A stretch of DNA of 64,000 nucleotides from Rebecca billardiae RCC1528 (GCA_965240325.2 OZ251234.1:1550001-1614000); one strand, 5' to 3'; counted from the first letter of the stretch, positions 33,000-50,063 are shown. Numbers and translations: made by a program. Notes: a model not told the origin generated them from the sequence alone.

Positions 33000-33373
33000 G
33001 CTCGGCTCGTCGCGCCCGGCAGCCATCGCCCAGCGCTAGTTGCAAAACCGTATTTTCACCGGTACGTCGCATTTTCACCGCCCTACGGTCACTCACCCGT
33101 GCAACGGGTCTGCGGCTGCTCATGCCGCCAGGCTCGAACAGTGCCGCAGCACGGGCCCGGACGGGCCTGATCATGATGCGGGCGGCGGGCTACGTGCCGA
33201 GGCACACTAGCAAGACCACCTCTGAGCATGCCACCATCCCAACACTCGCAGGAGAGCCCTTTGCCGTCGAGGCTTGCGTGCGCAGACTGGCAGTCGATTG
33301 CCGCCGCCCGAAGCTAAGTTGAAGCTTGCCGCGGTCCGTTCTTCCGAGCCCGTACTCTGTGTCACCGGCATCG

Positions 33374-34373
33374 TCACCGTTCGTCGTACCCCGGCCCACG
33401 CGAGGCTGCCACCGGTCCACCACTACTGCGGCGGACTGCGCGCGCTTCGCCACGCGCTCGCCCCGGAGCTCCGCCGCTCTCCTCGCGCTTGAGCTCGGCG
33501 CCGTCGGCAGCCATGGCCGCCCGCTCGGCCGCAGCACGATCTGTGCCCCAGCACGCGCTGCGCTCGGCTTCGTGGGCGCGCAAGCTGGCGCGCGCAGCGT
33601 CGGCGACGGCGCGCGCGGTCGCCTTGCGCGACGAGTCCAGCTCCACCTGCTGCTCCGAGATGATCGCGTGCTCAGCAGGAGTCACGCGCTGCTCGTGCAG
33701 CGGCACCGGCACGCGGCCTGATGCGGAAATGCGCTGCACGTCAGCGTCGGGGTGCGAGTCGAGGTCGCGGAAGGGGCAGCTGACGTGGGCGGCGCCCAGC
33801 AACTTGTCGTCGGTGTCCAGCTCCGCCAACCTCTCCGCCGCCGACGCGCCCAGCTTCCGGCTCAGGATGCGCTCCACGTCCTGGCGCTTGCCCTTCGACC
33901 ACCTGTGCACGCACGCGGACGTTGATGTCTGGCGGCAGCTCGAGCCTTGACTGCTGCACGCCATCGTGGCCGTCCGCGGAGGAGGTGAGCCCCTCTGCGG
34001 TGCTGGCGGGGACCTCGGGCGGGTCGCACATGTCCATGGACACGCGCACATCATCATCCGCCACGCCCTGGACCTCGTCATGCCCGGCACGGCGGTCAGC
34101 AAGTTGATCGACGTCGAGCGGCCCTTGCGGCAGAGGCCCGCGGGGAGCGTCAGAGCGCGAGAGCGACGCGTCGGGTGGGCAAGGAGGCTGCGTCGAGTCA
34201 CTGTCGATGTCCATCCCACCGCGTAGGTCATGTTCGTCTCCGCGTAGGTCGCCAGCACGTGCTGCTAGGACTCGCTCCTTGGTCGCGAGCAGCACACGTT
34301 GAGCACGCAGATGCAAATTATGAAGCACGAGCTTCGGTTGGACCACGACTCCCAGCGAGAGCCCGGTCCGCAC
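33374..34373 (-). pseudogene. Frameshifted coding-like fragment, unidentified
   Basis: Two overlapping minus-strand ORFs with protein-like composition (..DVERILSRKLGASAAERLAELDTDDKLL..). No family recognised. Confidence 0.3.
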
Positions 34374-35309
34374 GAGTCATGGCTGCCCGTCCGCAGCCGC
34401 CCAGCCGCTTGACGAGACGCCTGCACCGAGGTGGGCGCGCCCAATGGCGAGCGGACGGCCGTCGATGAGGGCCATCAGCCTCGCCGACCCCGTTCAGAGC
34501 TGGAGAGCTCCGCTCCCGCGCCGCCGCCGGGGACTACCCTTCTTGGCTCGGGCGCTTCCCCCCTTTATTTCTTTGCTTTCAGCGCCCGAGCCTTTCGATC
34601 GGCGTCCGAAACATTGCAGGATCCGAATTCAATAACGTCACACAACCGTGCAGTTTCCGGTTTCGTCAGGTTGGCGCGCGCTGGCTGGGGCGGCACCTCG
34701 CTCTCACCTACCGCCGCCATGGGCGAGGCCGCGCGAAGTCCAGTAGATCTTCCGATGGGACGCAGCGGGGCGGTAGCGAAGCGGTGAACTACTATAGCTT
34801 GCGCGTGGCGCAGCGCTTCGCGCCCGCGCACCTCGACGGTCAGCTGCAGGCCCGCGCGAGCGCGAGCGTGCGCCGCCGCCACCGATTCAGCCAGAGACAT
34901 GCCGCGCCTTGCCTGCCGAGGCAGCGAAGAGGCACGCACGTGAAGCCGCTGGGCACCATGGCGCGCACCCACGACCGTACTGTCACATGGCTCACGCCGT
35001 CCTGGGATGCGCGCCTCGGGTTGCGCTCAGCGCGCGCATACTTTGCGGGGACGACAGCACTCGGCTGAAGCCGAGAGGCGGCGCACACGCCCGTGCGGGC
35101 TCAAGGCGCCGAGAAGATGGTCAGACGCGAGTTGCCCGGCGCAGGGCGGCGCAGAAAGGCCCTATGCCTCTGCCCGACCGCGTGCGCCATCGCCGCGTGC
35201 ACGTTTACGACCGCGGCGGCGCGGCAGCTGGCGGCGCCTCGCGGCGGATGGCTGTGGCGGGCGCGCACGCGGCGGGTTTTGAATTTCTCTCATTTTCCGA
35301 GTTTCCCAA

Positions 35310-36719
35310 ATCCTGAGGACTGGTCTGGCTGGACCAGCGCGCGGCGACCGAGCCGTCCACGCCGGCGGAGGAGGATGGGCCCTCCTCCGCCGGCGGGGGC
35401 GACGCCAAGCCGGCCAAGCAGACTCGCACCGCGCCGGCCCCCGGCGACCCCCCCTGTGATCCGGCTGCCGCCGTGCCGCCGTCGCTGGCGTAGAGCCGCG
35501 CGCGGCGCTGGCGCGCCAGACGCGCCCGGTTGGGCAGCGCAGGCACCCTCAGCGGCCAGGGCGACGACTTCATCAACGGCCAGGGCGACGATTTCCTCAA
35601 CGGCAAGGGCGACTACTTCCGCAACTCGGCAAGACCAAGGCCGCACACACCGGCCAGAGCGACCCCATCCACTATCTGCACCACTGCATCCGGCGCATCC
35701 GCAACTCGAACACGGCCTCCGAACGTCGACGCGTACAACTACATGATGACCGGCTCCGGCTTCGGTTGACCCCTGCCAGTCCGGTCATAGAAACCGGGCG
35801 TACCGAAAATGAAAACGACCTTCGCGAGGTCGCACGGAGGCGGTCGAAGGCTTGCTGGACTCGGGTTGGCGAGCTGAGCGCGAATCCGCACCGTTTGCCG
35901 CGATCGCTTGTTTTTACACGGCGCCAGAGCCCGATTTTCACCATTTCTACTGGGAGTCCGGGTACTTTTATTGGCCTTTTGCCCACTATGGTGGTGCGGG
36001 CGCGGGTCGCGTTGGACGTGCCCATCGTGTTCGACACCGACGTCTCGGACGAACAGCTGGGAGGTAATCTTGGCGACCGCGATGCCGAGCACCTCTTTGC
36101 GGTCGCGCGTGACCTGGAGATCGTGCACACGGTGTCTGACACGACCTCGTCAGTGCACCACGGTCGGTGCAAGCCTCTCTGCACGTTGCGCCGTCTCCGG
36201 ACCTCTGCAATCAGATCAAGGTGAACATGTCGAGGACGCACAACACGATGGAGCGGATGCTTTTCCATCTCGTCGTCGATATGCTCAGGCCTCTCTGTCT
36301 GGACGAGTACTTTGTGATCCTTACGCGCTCGACACTGCAAGTCGCGACGAGGGCGACTCACGAGCCCGAGACAAGCAGCAAGCGGCAGAAGGAGGCGGAC
36401 GGGCAGTGGTGGACGATGGGGGGGCGAGTCTGATTTCAAGCGATACGCGCGCATGGATCTTGACCGGCGCTCGCGCGAGCTGGGCACCGGCGAGATCGAG
36501 AGCGACACGATCGTCCGCGGCGTTGTCGTGCTCACGCCCGTGCAACCGATCACGCCTGACTTTCAGCGGCGCCCCAGCACGCGGCACGAGGCGGAGGCAC
36601 GCGGCAGCGGCGGCGGAGCGGCCGCGTCTGGCGGTGTACCAGCTGAGAGAAGAGCGCGGCACAATGCTATGCGCGCGCAGCTGACCAACCAGAGCGCGCT
36701 CGCAAGTGCGGGGCGGTGA
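35310..36719 (+). pseudogene. Fragmented coding-like region with a 24-bp repeat (NGQGDDFI-type)
   Basis: Successive short protein-like ORFs in different frames, with a 3x24-bp tandem at ~35550-35625. Confidence 0.3.
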
Positions 36720-37205
36720 GCTGCCGTGAGGCGTGACATGGTCATGGCGTGCGTATCACGTCGATGCATGAATGGAATACAAGTTCCGTCAGAAATACCC
36801 GCGTCAATATGCATTTACCCATGTTTCGGATTTCGGTCAGATTTCTGTATGTGTCACTTATAAAAATTGAGCCTGAAACATATTGGGAGGTGGGTGTATG
36901 CTCAATGTCGCTTTGAAGTCATCAATCCGGGGTCGGGAGGGACCCGGCTATATGGTCCGCTCGAGTGACTTCGACTCGGTTCTCAGAATGCCCGCCACTG
37001 GCAGGGGTCAACCGAATCCGGAGCCTCGTCAGTGAGTCAGGTAGCTCACCATCATCTGTGTGTCGCATTGTTATTCGTCATCCTGCCCGTCAAACCGCTA
37101 AATAAAAGGCGCGAACCCGCTGGGGAAATATTGCGACAGCACTGGCACGGCCCGCCGACCCCCCCGCCCGCCAGGGCAGAGTTTATTTGTTTTAACGTGC
37201 GTAAG

Positions 37206-38010
37206 CAGGGTTCGAGGCAAAGATTTGGTACAAACCGTTTGGGGTACAAACTTTGTATACAAACCCAAAGATTTCCCGTGGGCTTTGGGGTGCCGATCTT
37301 TGGGTCCGGGACCGTCCGGGAGCCATATCCGCAATCCGGTCCGGCAACCGGACTCCGTCAGCGCGACGTGACGCGATCAGCGGAGTCAGTTATCACCATC
37401 GTCGACATCCTACTCCTCAGCCGGCGCCTCGTCTGAGCTGCTCTACAGTGCCCACTGCTGCACAGCCGGCCCAATGCCGTCCAATGAACACGGCCGGCGT
37501 GGCCGCGGCCGGCCGTGCGGACAAGTCTACCGCGGCACTAGTCCGGTCACTCGTCAACTCACGTCCCGCGGAGAGGATGGCACGAGGCGATGTGGCTGGC
37601 CCATTCAGTCATGCTGTACGTACGCGTCGGCTCCGCCGCACCACGTGCAGCAAGCCCGCTTGTGCGTCTTCGGGCTTCACTCATCACTGTGGCTCCGCGT
37701 TAACGGGCGCCGCTCGAATGCCCAGCAGCTGGACGAGCTTGTCGTGTGCAGCCTTGGCAGTCGACCAGTCCTCGGACATGAGTTTGTCGACGCCAACCTG
37801 CTCCACGATCGAGGCAACCACGCTGTCCTCCACGCACCGGTCACAGATGCTGGTAGATCGTCGCCATCGATCCGCCCAGTCCGGAAGCCACCCGCCCTGC
37901 CCGCCCAAAGTTTCTTTGGGTCCGGACGAATCTTTGAACCCAAAGTGTCCTACAAATATTTGTACTACAAACCAAACGCCGGAGCATTTGGTACAAATTC
38001 TCGAACCCTG
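37206..38010. mobile_element. Non-autonomous hAT-type element (805 bp)
   Basis: 11-bp TIR CAGGGTTCGAG/CTCGAACCCTG. 8-bp TSD TGCGTAAG at 37198-37205 and 38011-38018. Subterminal tacaaa/tttgg motifs. Confidence 0.92.
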
Positions 38011-38861
38011 TGCGTAAGGCTCACGGTGGCAGGTTGCCGCGCCATCCTTCATCGCACGCTCTCCGAAGAGAGACCTGGAAACTGGGGGTAACAGGGGCGT
38101 TGCGCCAGCTGGACAAACGCCTTCCGGTCTTTTCAGATCGGCGCTTTTCAAAAAGAAATGTTCCGCGCTGTCCAACGGCAAAGCGCGGCGGATGGCGGCT
38201 TCGCCGCCGCATGGGCGGGCGATGGCCGTTGCCCGCAGAAGACGTGCGTCACAGGCAAGGAAGCGGGCAGATGGCGCGTCGCACGCGTCGTGGAAGTCGG
38301 TCGCGACGCTCGCCGGCCTCAGCGCGCGCGGCGAAGCCACGTCCATGGGCGCCCAGCGTGCAGGCGGCACGGCCACGCCGCTCGGCCGCGGCGACCGGCC
38401 TCGCACGCGTTCTTGCGGCGCGAAAGAGCATCCCAGCTGCGGTCATTTGCCTTGTGCGTCGGGAGACGTGTGCCAGCTAGCCAATGCGCACGCGCCGCGA
38501 GCTGCACGGCGTGCGCACACGCCGCCCGCCGCGCGGCCGGGCGTGCGCCGAAAGCGGCACAGCGAGAGAGGGCCCCGATCCGAGTGCAGGTCTCGCCAGG
38601 GCCCTCCACAAGTCCAAGGATCCTGGGTCTTGGGTCCTTCGCGTTTGTCCAGCCCACCGGTTGGAGGCGTGCCGCGAACGACTTTGGCCGCTCGGTGAGG
38701 CCGTACAGTTTACTAAGAATAAGAGACGCACACAGTACAGTTTATTTGTTTTACTGTAACGTGCGTATAAAGGCTCACGGTGGCAGGTTGCCGCGCCATC
38801 CTTCATCGCACGCTCTCCGAAGAGAGACCTGGAAACTGGGGGTTTGAACAAGGGTAGTAAG

Positions 38862-40039
38862 CAGGGGCTGGTGCTCGCAGCGAGGCACTCGCGGTGCGAG
38901 TGCGAGCAGGGCGCGAGCGCGAGTGCGAGCAGGGCACTCGCACTCGCGCTCGCAAGGCGCCGATCCGGCCCAGCGGGCTTGCGAGTCAACTCGCAAAGGT
39001 ACTCGCAAGGTGCGGTCTAGCGCGAGCATGCGAGTTGGCGCGAGCAGAAGTGCGAGTCCCTGGGCGGCCTCGTGACCGCCTGCACGGCAGGCGAGTCACA
39101 AAGCGTCAAAGCCTCGCTGCCCCCCGCCCAGGGCGGCAAATGGCGAGCTCATCGGCGGCGCCGGTCGCTTCGGCGCCTGCGTCGGCGCCGGCTGCCGAGA
39201 TCACCGTCTGGTCGCTGTCGAACCAGCGCGGGGTGATCGACCCGGCCTGGCTCGATCTGCCCCCCAACGGCAAAGGTGTCTCGCTCTTGTGGACGCACGT
39301 CCACCCCATCTCGCAAGCGGCGCCGACCGACTTCTCGTACGTTCAGGTGGGCAGTCAGTCGAGCAACCCGAAGCTGTACACGCACGTGTGCGTCATGCCG
39401 GGATGCGGCCAGCGCTTCACGCTCCCCCTCGACAAGGTGCGCTCGAAGGGGGGCAAGTCGGTCTTCACGATCACAAACGCGGGCAACCACCTGAAGACGA
39501 TGCACCCGCTGACCGAGTACAGCAAGAAGGCCTCCATCAAGGCGGACGAGGCAGCGCTGGGGGCGAAGCGGACCATGCAGCAGGTGGGCATGTCGGTGAG
39601 TATGCCCGTCGAGAAGCAGCTCAAGCAATCGGGCCTCCTCGCTGCGGGCTTCAAGAAGGTGTCGCGCGCCGACAAACAGCTGGCGACGCAGGCGCGGTGG
39701 CAGGGTGGTCAGGGCGGCGGGTCGGGTGTAAGGCATGCTCTAATAGGGCCAAATAGGGCCAAAAATTTTCTTCGCCTCAGGCCGGCGGGGCCCCGGGGGA
39801 GGCCCCCCGGACCCCCCGCTGGGCGTGTCCGGGGGCTGCGCCCCCGGACACGTTGCGAGTTGGGACTCGCACTTTGCGAGTTGGGACTCGCACTTTACTC
39901 GCACTCGCACTCGCAGCCACCCATTCCGCCCAGTGGGGGCTGCGAGTTCAACTCGCAGTGCACTCGCAAAGTCCCCTCAAAAGTGCGAGTGCGAGTTCAC
40001 TCTACTCGCAGCCGCGGAAAGTGCGAGCGACGGTCCCTG
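38862..40039 (+). mobile_element. Internally deleted hAT element (1178 bp) retaining a BED-finger transposase 5' fragment
   Basis: Imperfect TIR CAGGG.C.G..GCTCGCA. 8-bp TSD GTAGTAAG at 38854-38861 and 40040-40047. Dense TGCGAG/CTCGCA subterminal repeats at both ends. Confidence 0.9.
39140..39700 (+). pseudogene. Truncated transposase N-terminus with BED zinc finger
   Basis: LWTHV...CVMPGC...TNAGNHLKTMHP. Coding bias ends abruptly at ~39700. Confidence 0.75.
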
Positions 40040-40045
40040 GTAGTA

Positions 40046-43000
40046 AGGGTGAGCAACTCCGCTGGCGACAGCCGCGGAGGTCGGTCGGGCTCTGTTTGCC
40101 TCGGCGCCCGGTGCGAGCGGAGCGGAGCGAGTACTACTACTCGGGCCGGGGGTTTGGTGGTAAGGATTTTCCGAAAAATCGGCGGCCGCTTTTTCGGAAA
40201 ATCGCGGGACTGTGGCGGACGCGATCCATGCCGCACGACGGTGATGGCCGCGCCGGGGGAGGACGCGGGACCGGAGGTGCAAGCAGGCCGCAGCTGCGAT
40301 TGTTGCGTTGATGGGACGGGCGGCGCGGCGGCCAATGCGCCGGCCCATGATCCGGGCGATACCCGGATGTCGAGACCGGGGCACAACTTCCCGAGCGGGT
40401 GCCGTAGGAGAATCAGCACTGCTCACACGTAGCGAGCATTGCCCTTGGTCTTGTTCGCGCGGGGATCAATCTGGCCCACAGCTTCGCGATGCTGCGCACT
40501 GTGGGCCAGGTGATGCAGGCTTTCCAGTTCGCCGAACTCAAGAGGACTGCTCGCACTGCCAAGGCTTGGGCCTGTACCGCGGTGGTGCTCGGCGGACCTG
40601 ATCCAAAGCCACAGCTGTGGTTTGACCTCGCGGGCGTACATGGCAAGACTGTATGGTCGCAAGGCCATCGATGTGAACGTGTGCACGGCACCACTCTGCC
40701 ATGCTTCAACTCGTCTGGGTCGAGCTGAGGGCAATCATTCGTGCCCGGAGCATCTGTCAGGCGCGCGTGCATGCATGCGCGCTGCGCGCCGCGCTGCGGC
40801 CCGCGGCTACAGCTCCTGTCACCTTAGCAGATATCTAATGCTGACCACCCCTTTGCGCATCCTGCAGTAGGCTGTGACAGGTGGGCCTTTCGCGACTGCG
40901 CCCATCGTCATCATGTCGCCGTGATCATCTGTCAGCAGCTGATCGTCGAGTCGTCTGCAGCTGGTCAGACTGTCCGCCCGTCCGCCGGGCCCGGCCTCAG
41001 GCTCAGGCTGCTCTCGATCGGGCTGGCGCCCAGCTCAAGTGCTAATAATCTTCGGCTCACACGTAGTCACATATCCGGCGGCAGATGGCAGCAGTGGGAG
41101 AAACAAGTCTCACGCGCAGGCTCAGCTGATGGCCGCCGAGGCCAGCAGTGCGTCAAAATCGTCAGTATAGTAGTACGCGTAGCATCATCGTCAACGGTCA
41201 GCGACTACTCATAGTCATACTGCATCCCGTCGACTCGTCCTCAGCCGCCGGTTGCGCCTAGGAGCGGGCGCAGCGTCGCCCTGGCGACCTCAACTGCAGG
41301 CCAATCGCGTCGGGCGGCAGCGGGGGCAGCATGATGAACGCCAAGTCGACGAGTGCGAGATTTGCCGCTGGCGCCTCGCCCGCCGCTGGCCGCGCAGCAC
41401 TCTCAGGGATGACTGCCGGCAGCGCGCGCAGCTCTGAGCTCACCGGCGATCAGCGCGCGCAGCTCATGCGCGCGCGCTGACCGGTGAGCGTGCCCGCGCC
41501 CATCGCGCGGACGAGCGCGGCGTAGGCCGAGAGCAGTGCGGCTCTCCGCACGTGCGTGTGCTTCGCCAAGCCCCGCGCGAGCTCGAGCTACACGCCGTGC
41601 GCAAGCCGAGCTCCGAACCGCATCGCACGCTTGAGATCACTACGCGACAGAACGCAGAGGTCGGTGAGGCTTTCAGAGCGGCGCTCACTGAGGCGGCTTG
41701 CGCAGGGCGTAGCTCGGCGAAGCGCTACTGGAGATGAATGCCTGTCCCCGAGACGCAAGCCACGACATGTCTGTCAACTGGGACAGCACACTGAGGGAAG
41801 CATCAGCTGCGAGGTCAGGGTGTCTACTGCCAGACATCTGCCAGTAGAACGCCTCGCGCCCCACCTTCGTGCCAGCTGGGCCGAGCAGGTAGCAGCAAGA
41901 GTTCGCGCAGTACGGTATGGCAGCGTCCACGAACGGCGAGAGGGTCGCCCACCCGCCATGTACTTGGATCGACAGCTCGGCGCACGCGCTGAACGATTGG
42001 AATTGTCCTCCTGCGTGGACGGCAGCTTGCGCGCCTGCTTGCCCGCGGCGGGAGCAAGCACGACGGTGGCGCACGCAACAAGGATCGACACCACGCTCAT
42101 GGCGAATGTTTGCCGTCCTCCGCCTCGCCGCTCGCATCCGATTTGCGGCCGATTCGGCGACGTGCAGATGGGCGGCATGGCGCAGCCTCGCGGCCTGGTG
42201 AGCCATATGAGCGCCCGCTCCCAAGTACCCGTAAGGTATTGACACATAGGAGCCGGCTTCATAGGCGACTCGCCTTTGAATAGCAGCTGCCTTCATAGGC
42301 GCGCGCTCAAAATAGCGCACGCCGACGAAGCTGAAACAGTTTGTTAAAGTTACAAATTTCGCTACCGCCAAACCCCCGGCCCGAGTAGAGCGGCGGAGGG
42401 CGCTGAGGCCGCGCACGGCGTGAGGCGCGGCGTCGGCCGAGTCGGTCTGCAGAGGATGCGCGGCGCTCGGCCCGCTGCGCAGCAGCAGTGTGCCTCACTT
42501 TGCCCCGAGCGCCGTCCTCCGCGTCGCCTCCTTCCCGCCTTGGAGCAGCACGCATGTGCGCGCCGCCACCTCGAAGGCGGCACGGGCTTGCTCAGACGAC
42601 CGCGCGCGCGTGGCGCGCGACTCGGTCGACTGCGCGCGCGCGCTGCCGCGGTGCAAGGTAGCGCCACCCCATACGCGCGCCGTGCCCGCGCGTGCCTTTG
42701 CTTACGGCCATCTCATGAGCGTAGTGCTCGTTTGTCTGCTTGCTCTCACGAATGGTTCGCTGTGCCTCACGCCAGCGCTCGTCGGTCGATCAGCGAGGTG
42801 TTGAGTGACATTGGATACCCATGACGAAGGCCTAGCCGTGTGTACCATTCTCAGCACGAATGCAAGCGGACGCTATGGCTCCGCATCGATGGTACCAACA
42901 CTCACGCCGCTGTCTTTTCCAGCTTCACGTCACTCAACACTAGTCGGATGCGCAAGCAGCATTAGACATGTGTGTGAGCTCGCACTCACGTCCGCGCACA

Positions 43001-43403
43001 CGCTCTCGCAAGGCCACGGCGCGCGTATGAGGTGGCGCTACCTTGCACCGCGGCAGCGCGCGCGCGCAGTCGACCGAGTCGCGCGCCACGCGCGCGCGGT
43101 CGTCTGAGCAAGCCCGTGCCGCCTTCGAGGTGGCGGCGCGCACATGCGTGCTGCTCCAAGGCGGGAAGGAGGCGACGCGGAGGACGGCGCTCGGGGCAAA
43201 GTGAGGCACACTGCTGCTGCGCAGCGGGCCGAGCGCCGCGCATCCTCTGCAGACCGACTCGGCCGACGCCGCGCCTCACGCCGTGCGCGGCCTCAGCGCC
43301 CTCCGCCGCTGATAGTACTCGCTCCGCTCCGCTCGCACCGGGCGCCGGGGCAAACAGAGCCCGACCGACCTCCGCGGCTGTCGCCAGCGGAGTTGCTCAC
43401 CCT
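40046..43403. mobile_element. Foldback-type element (~390-bp arms, 330-bp spacer), left arm interrupted
   Basis: 40046-40136 plus 42389-42684 is the reverse complement of 43015-43403. Both ends are flanked by TA (40044-45, 43404-05). Confidence 0.85.
40140..42385. mobile_element. TA-flanked TIR element (2246 bp), Tc1/mariner-like ends, nested in the foldback arm
   Basis: TIR CTCGGGCCGGGGGTTTGG(T/C)GGTA at both ends. TA at 40138-39 and 42386-87. Absent from the opposite arm. No transposase recognised. Confidence 0.85.
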
Positions 43404-43620
43404 TATTACAGTAGTCCTTCGGCCCCCGACCAACCCAAGGGGAGTCCCCTTGACCAACCTACGTACCCGTGCCGGCCGTGCGCGTACGGGAGGGCAAAGG
43501 AAAGGACGGAAACGAGCCTCCCGGACTCCCCCCGCCGCTGGCCAGACCGAGCGGGGGCCGGGCCGGGGGGGGCCGAAGGTGCTGTGCCACCTGGGCGGGG
43601 AAGTTGGAGCACGTATCCCG

Positions 43621-44763
43621 ATGGACAGCATCGACGATCTGAGCATCAACGAACTCATGCACGTCGCACGCTTCGTGGGCGTCGACATGAGCGCCCCGGG
43701 CGGCCACCGTAACCACAAGGTTACCTGGTCAAACGCCATCAAGGCAAAGTCGCTCGACGATCTCAAGAGGAAAGCTTACGAGCTGGGCCGTCACGAGCCC
43801 GCGGGCCGCGCCGCCCACTCGAGCCACAAGAAGTCGTGGATCATGGCCATCCACTACGGCCTCACCGAGCGGCCGTCGCGGCACGCCTCAGACGCGTCCA
43901 CTGCCCGTCAAAACGAGAACCAAAACTCGAACGAGAATGTGGCGGATCTGCAGTGGCGGCTAGAGCGCGCGCGCGAGAAAACGGTTACCTACAGAGCACA
44001 GGCTGAGGCGGCCGAGGCGCGTGGCGCTGCCGCGGCGAGGGCGGCGTCGGATGCGGAGATAGAGCGGCTGCGCGTGCAGCTGCGCGAAACCACCGCCTCC
44101 GCGCGCGCCGCCTCCGCCTCCACGCGCGCCGCCGCCGATGCGGCCCAGGCGCGCGCTGCTGCCGAACTGGAGGCCGCGCTCGAGCGCGCGAGGTCGGAGG
44201 CGAGCGCCGCTGCCGAACTGCGCGCCCGGCTCGAGCGCGCGACGTCGGAGGCACGCGAAGCGCAGCGTGAGGCGATCAACGCGCGCGCGATCGCTGCCGA
44301 CGCGGTGTCGGACGCGAGAGAGGCGGAGGCAGAGCGGGACGGCTTGAGGGTGGACGTGGAGGCCCAGAGGGCACAGGCTGACGCGCTCCGCGAGCAGCTC
44401 GCCGCAGCACTCGATGCGGCGCGCCTCGCGGAGGAGGAGGCGACGCGGCGCGCGGAGGAGGAGGCGACGCGGCGCGCGGAGGCGCACGCGGGCGATTTCG
44501 GCGCGCGTGTGCGCTCCATGGGCCTCCGCAGTGCCGCCGTTGCTGGCGCCGCTGCCACCGTCGCCGCGCGCACCCTCGCCAACCAAGGCGCGCGCCTGGC
44601 GGCGGATCTCGAGAGGCGCGCGAGCTTGGCGCAGGACGAGGTGGAGGCAAGGATCGCCGCTCGGCGTGGCGCGGCGCGCGCCGAGGCACCCGCCGGGGAG
44701 GCACCCGCCGCCGACTCCGAGCCCGTCGCCGAGGCGGGGCCTGGCGCAGTCGTCCACTACTAG
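43621..44763 (+). CDS. Orphan protein: two SAP/Rho-N-like HEH repeats plus a long coiled coil
   Basis: ATG at 43621. Repeats LSINELMHVARFVG...HKVTWSNAI and KSLDDLKRKAYELG...HKKSWIMAI, followed by Ala/Glu/Arg heptads. Confidence 0.6.
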   Translation: MDSIDDLSINELMHVARFVGVDMSAPGGHRNHKVTWSNAIKAKSLDDLKRKAYELGRHEPAGRAAHSSHKKSWIMAIHYGLTERPSRHASDASTARQNENQNSNENVADLQWRLERAREKTVTYRAQAEAAEARGAAAARAASDAEIERLRVQLRETTASARAASASTRAAADAAQARAAAELEAALERARSEASAAAELRARLERATSEAREAQREAINARAIAADAVSDAREAEAERDGLRVDVEAQRAQADALREQLAAALDAARLAEEEATRRAEEEATRRAEAHAGDFGARVRSMGLRSAAVAGAAATVAARTLANQGARLAADLERRASLAQDEVEARIAARRGAARAEAPAGEAPAADSEPVAEAGPGAVVHY

Positions 44764-45595
44764 GTGGCGAGGCAGCGCGCGGCGATCGGAGCGCGCACGT
44801 CCGAGCCCATGGCATAGACGGCCGAAGCGCGCGAGGCGTGGGCGGCAGAGCACGCGGTGCTGAGCGTGCGGCAGGAGGAGGCGCTGCTCCCGACTGCCGA
44901 GCTGGAGGCGGCGCTCCCGGATGCGCACTAGCCCGCCGCGCCCGGCGCTGGACCCTCGACGAGCGCGCCGCCGCGCTGGGCGCCGAGCGGCACCGGCGGC
45001 GCACTGCAGACGCCACCAACAAGGCGGCGGCCGACGCGGCAGTGACCGGGGCGATCGCGGACACGTCGCGGCGCAAGTCGTCGCCGCCGCCCAAACCATC
45101 GCGCGCCGCCGCCGCCGCTGGTACCGTGCCGCGCGCCGTCACGTGGAGCGCGCGATTGCCACCGAGCAGCTCGCCGGCCGCGCGCGCGGGCGTGCGCGCC
45201 GCGCACGCCGCGGCGCGCCGCGCGTCGGCGCCGTCGGCCGACAGCCCGCTCCGCCGACCGCGCGCGGCGCGCGTGACGCTTCTTCGAGGCCGAGCGGCCG
45301 TCGCCGCCGATCTGCCTCGCGCACCGCTGCCTCGCGGGCTAGGGTCGTATCGTCCGGCCGACGTGCCCGCATCACACTGCACACACAACATCCGTGAACT
45401 ATGTCCGATTGAGCGGGCTTCTGAGCCAACAGGGCAACACGCGAGTCACGCGCGCGCCGTGACGCGAGTGCGCTGTCATTGACAGTGTCATCGGAAATGA
45501 TCGATGCCACAGTGCTGCACTACTGAGTCTACTCATATGAGGCCCAGAAGGCAGAATAAACTGAAGACGATACGGTTCATGCAGAACTATTATAT

Positions 45596-50063
<4,468 letters not shown>

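Noticed and set aside
38894-40432. 512-aa ORF as a full transposase
   Set aside because: Only 39140-~39700 is protein-like. The rest reads through subterminal repeats and adjacent elements, and there is no DDE domain.
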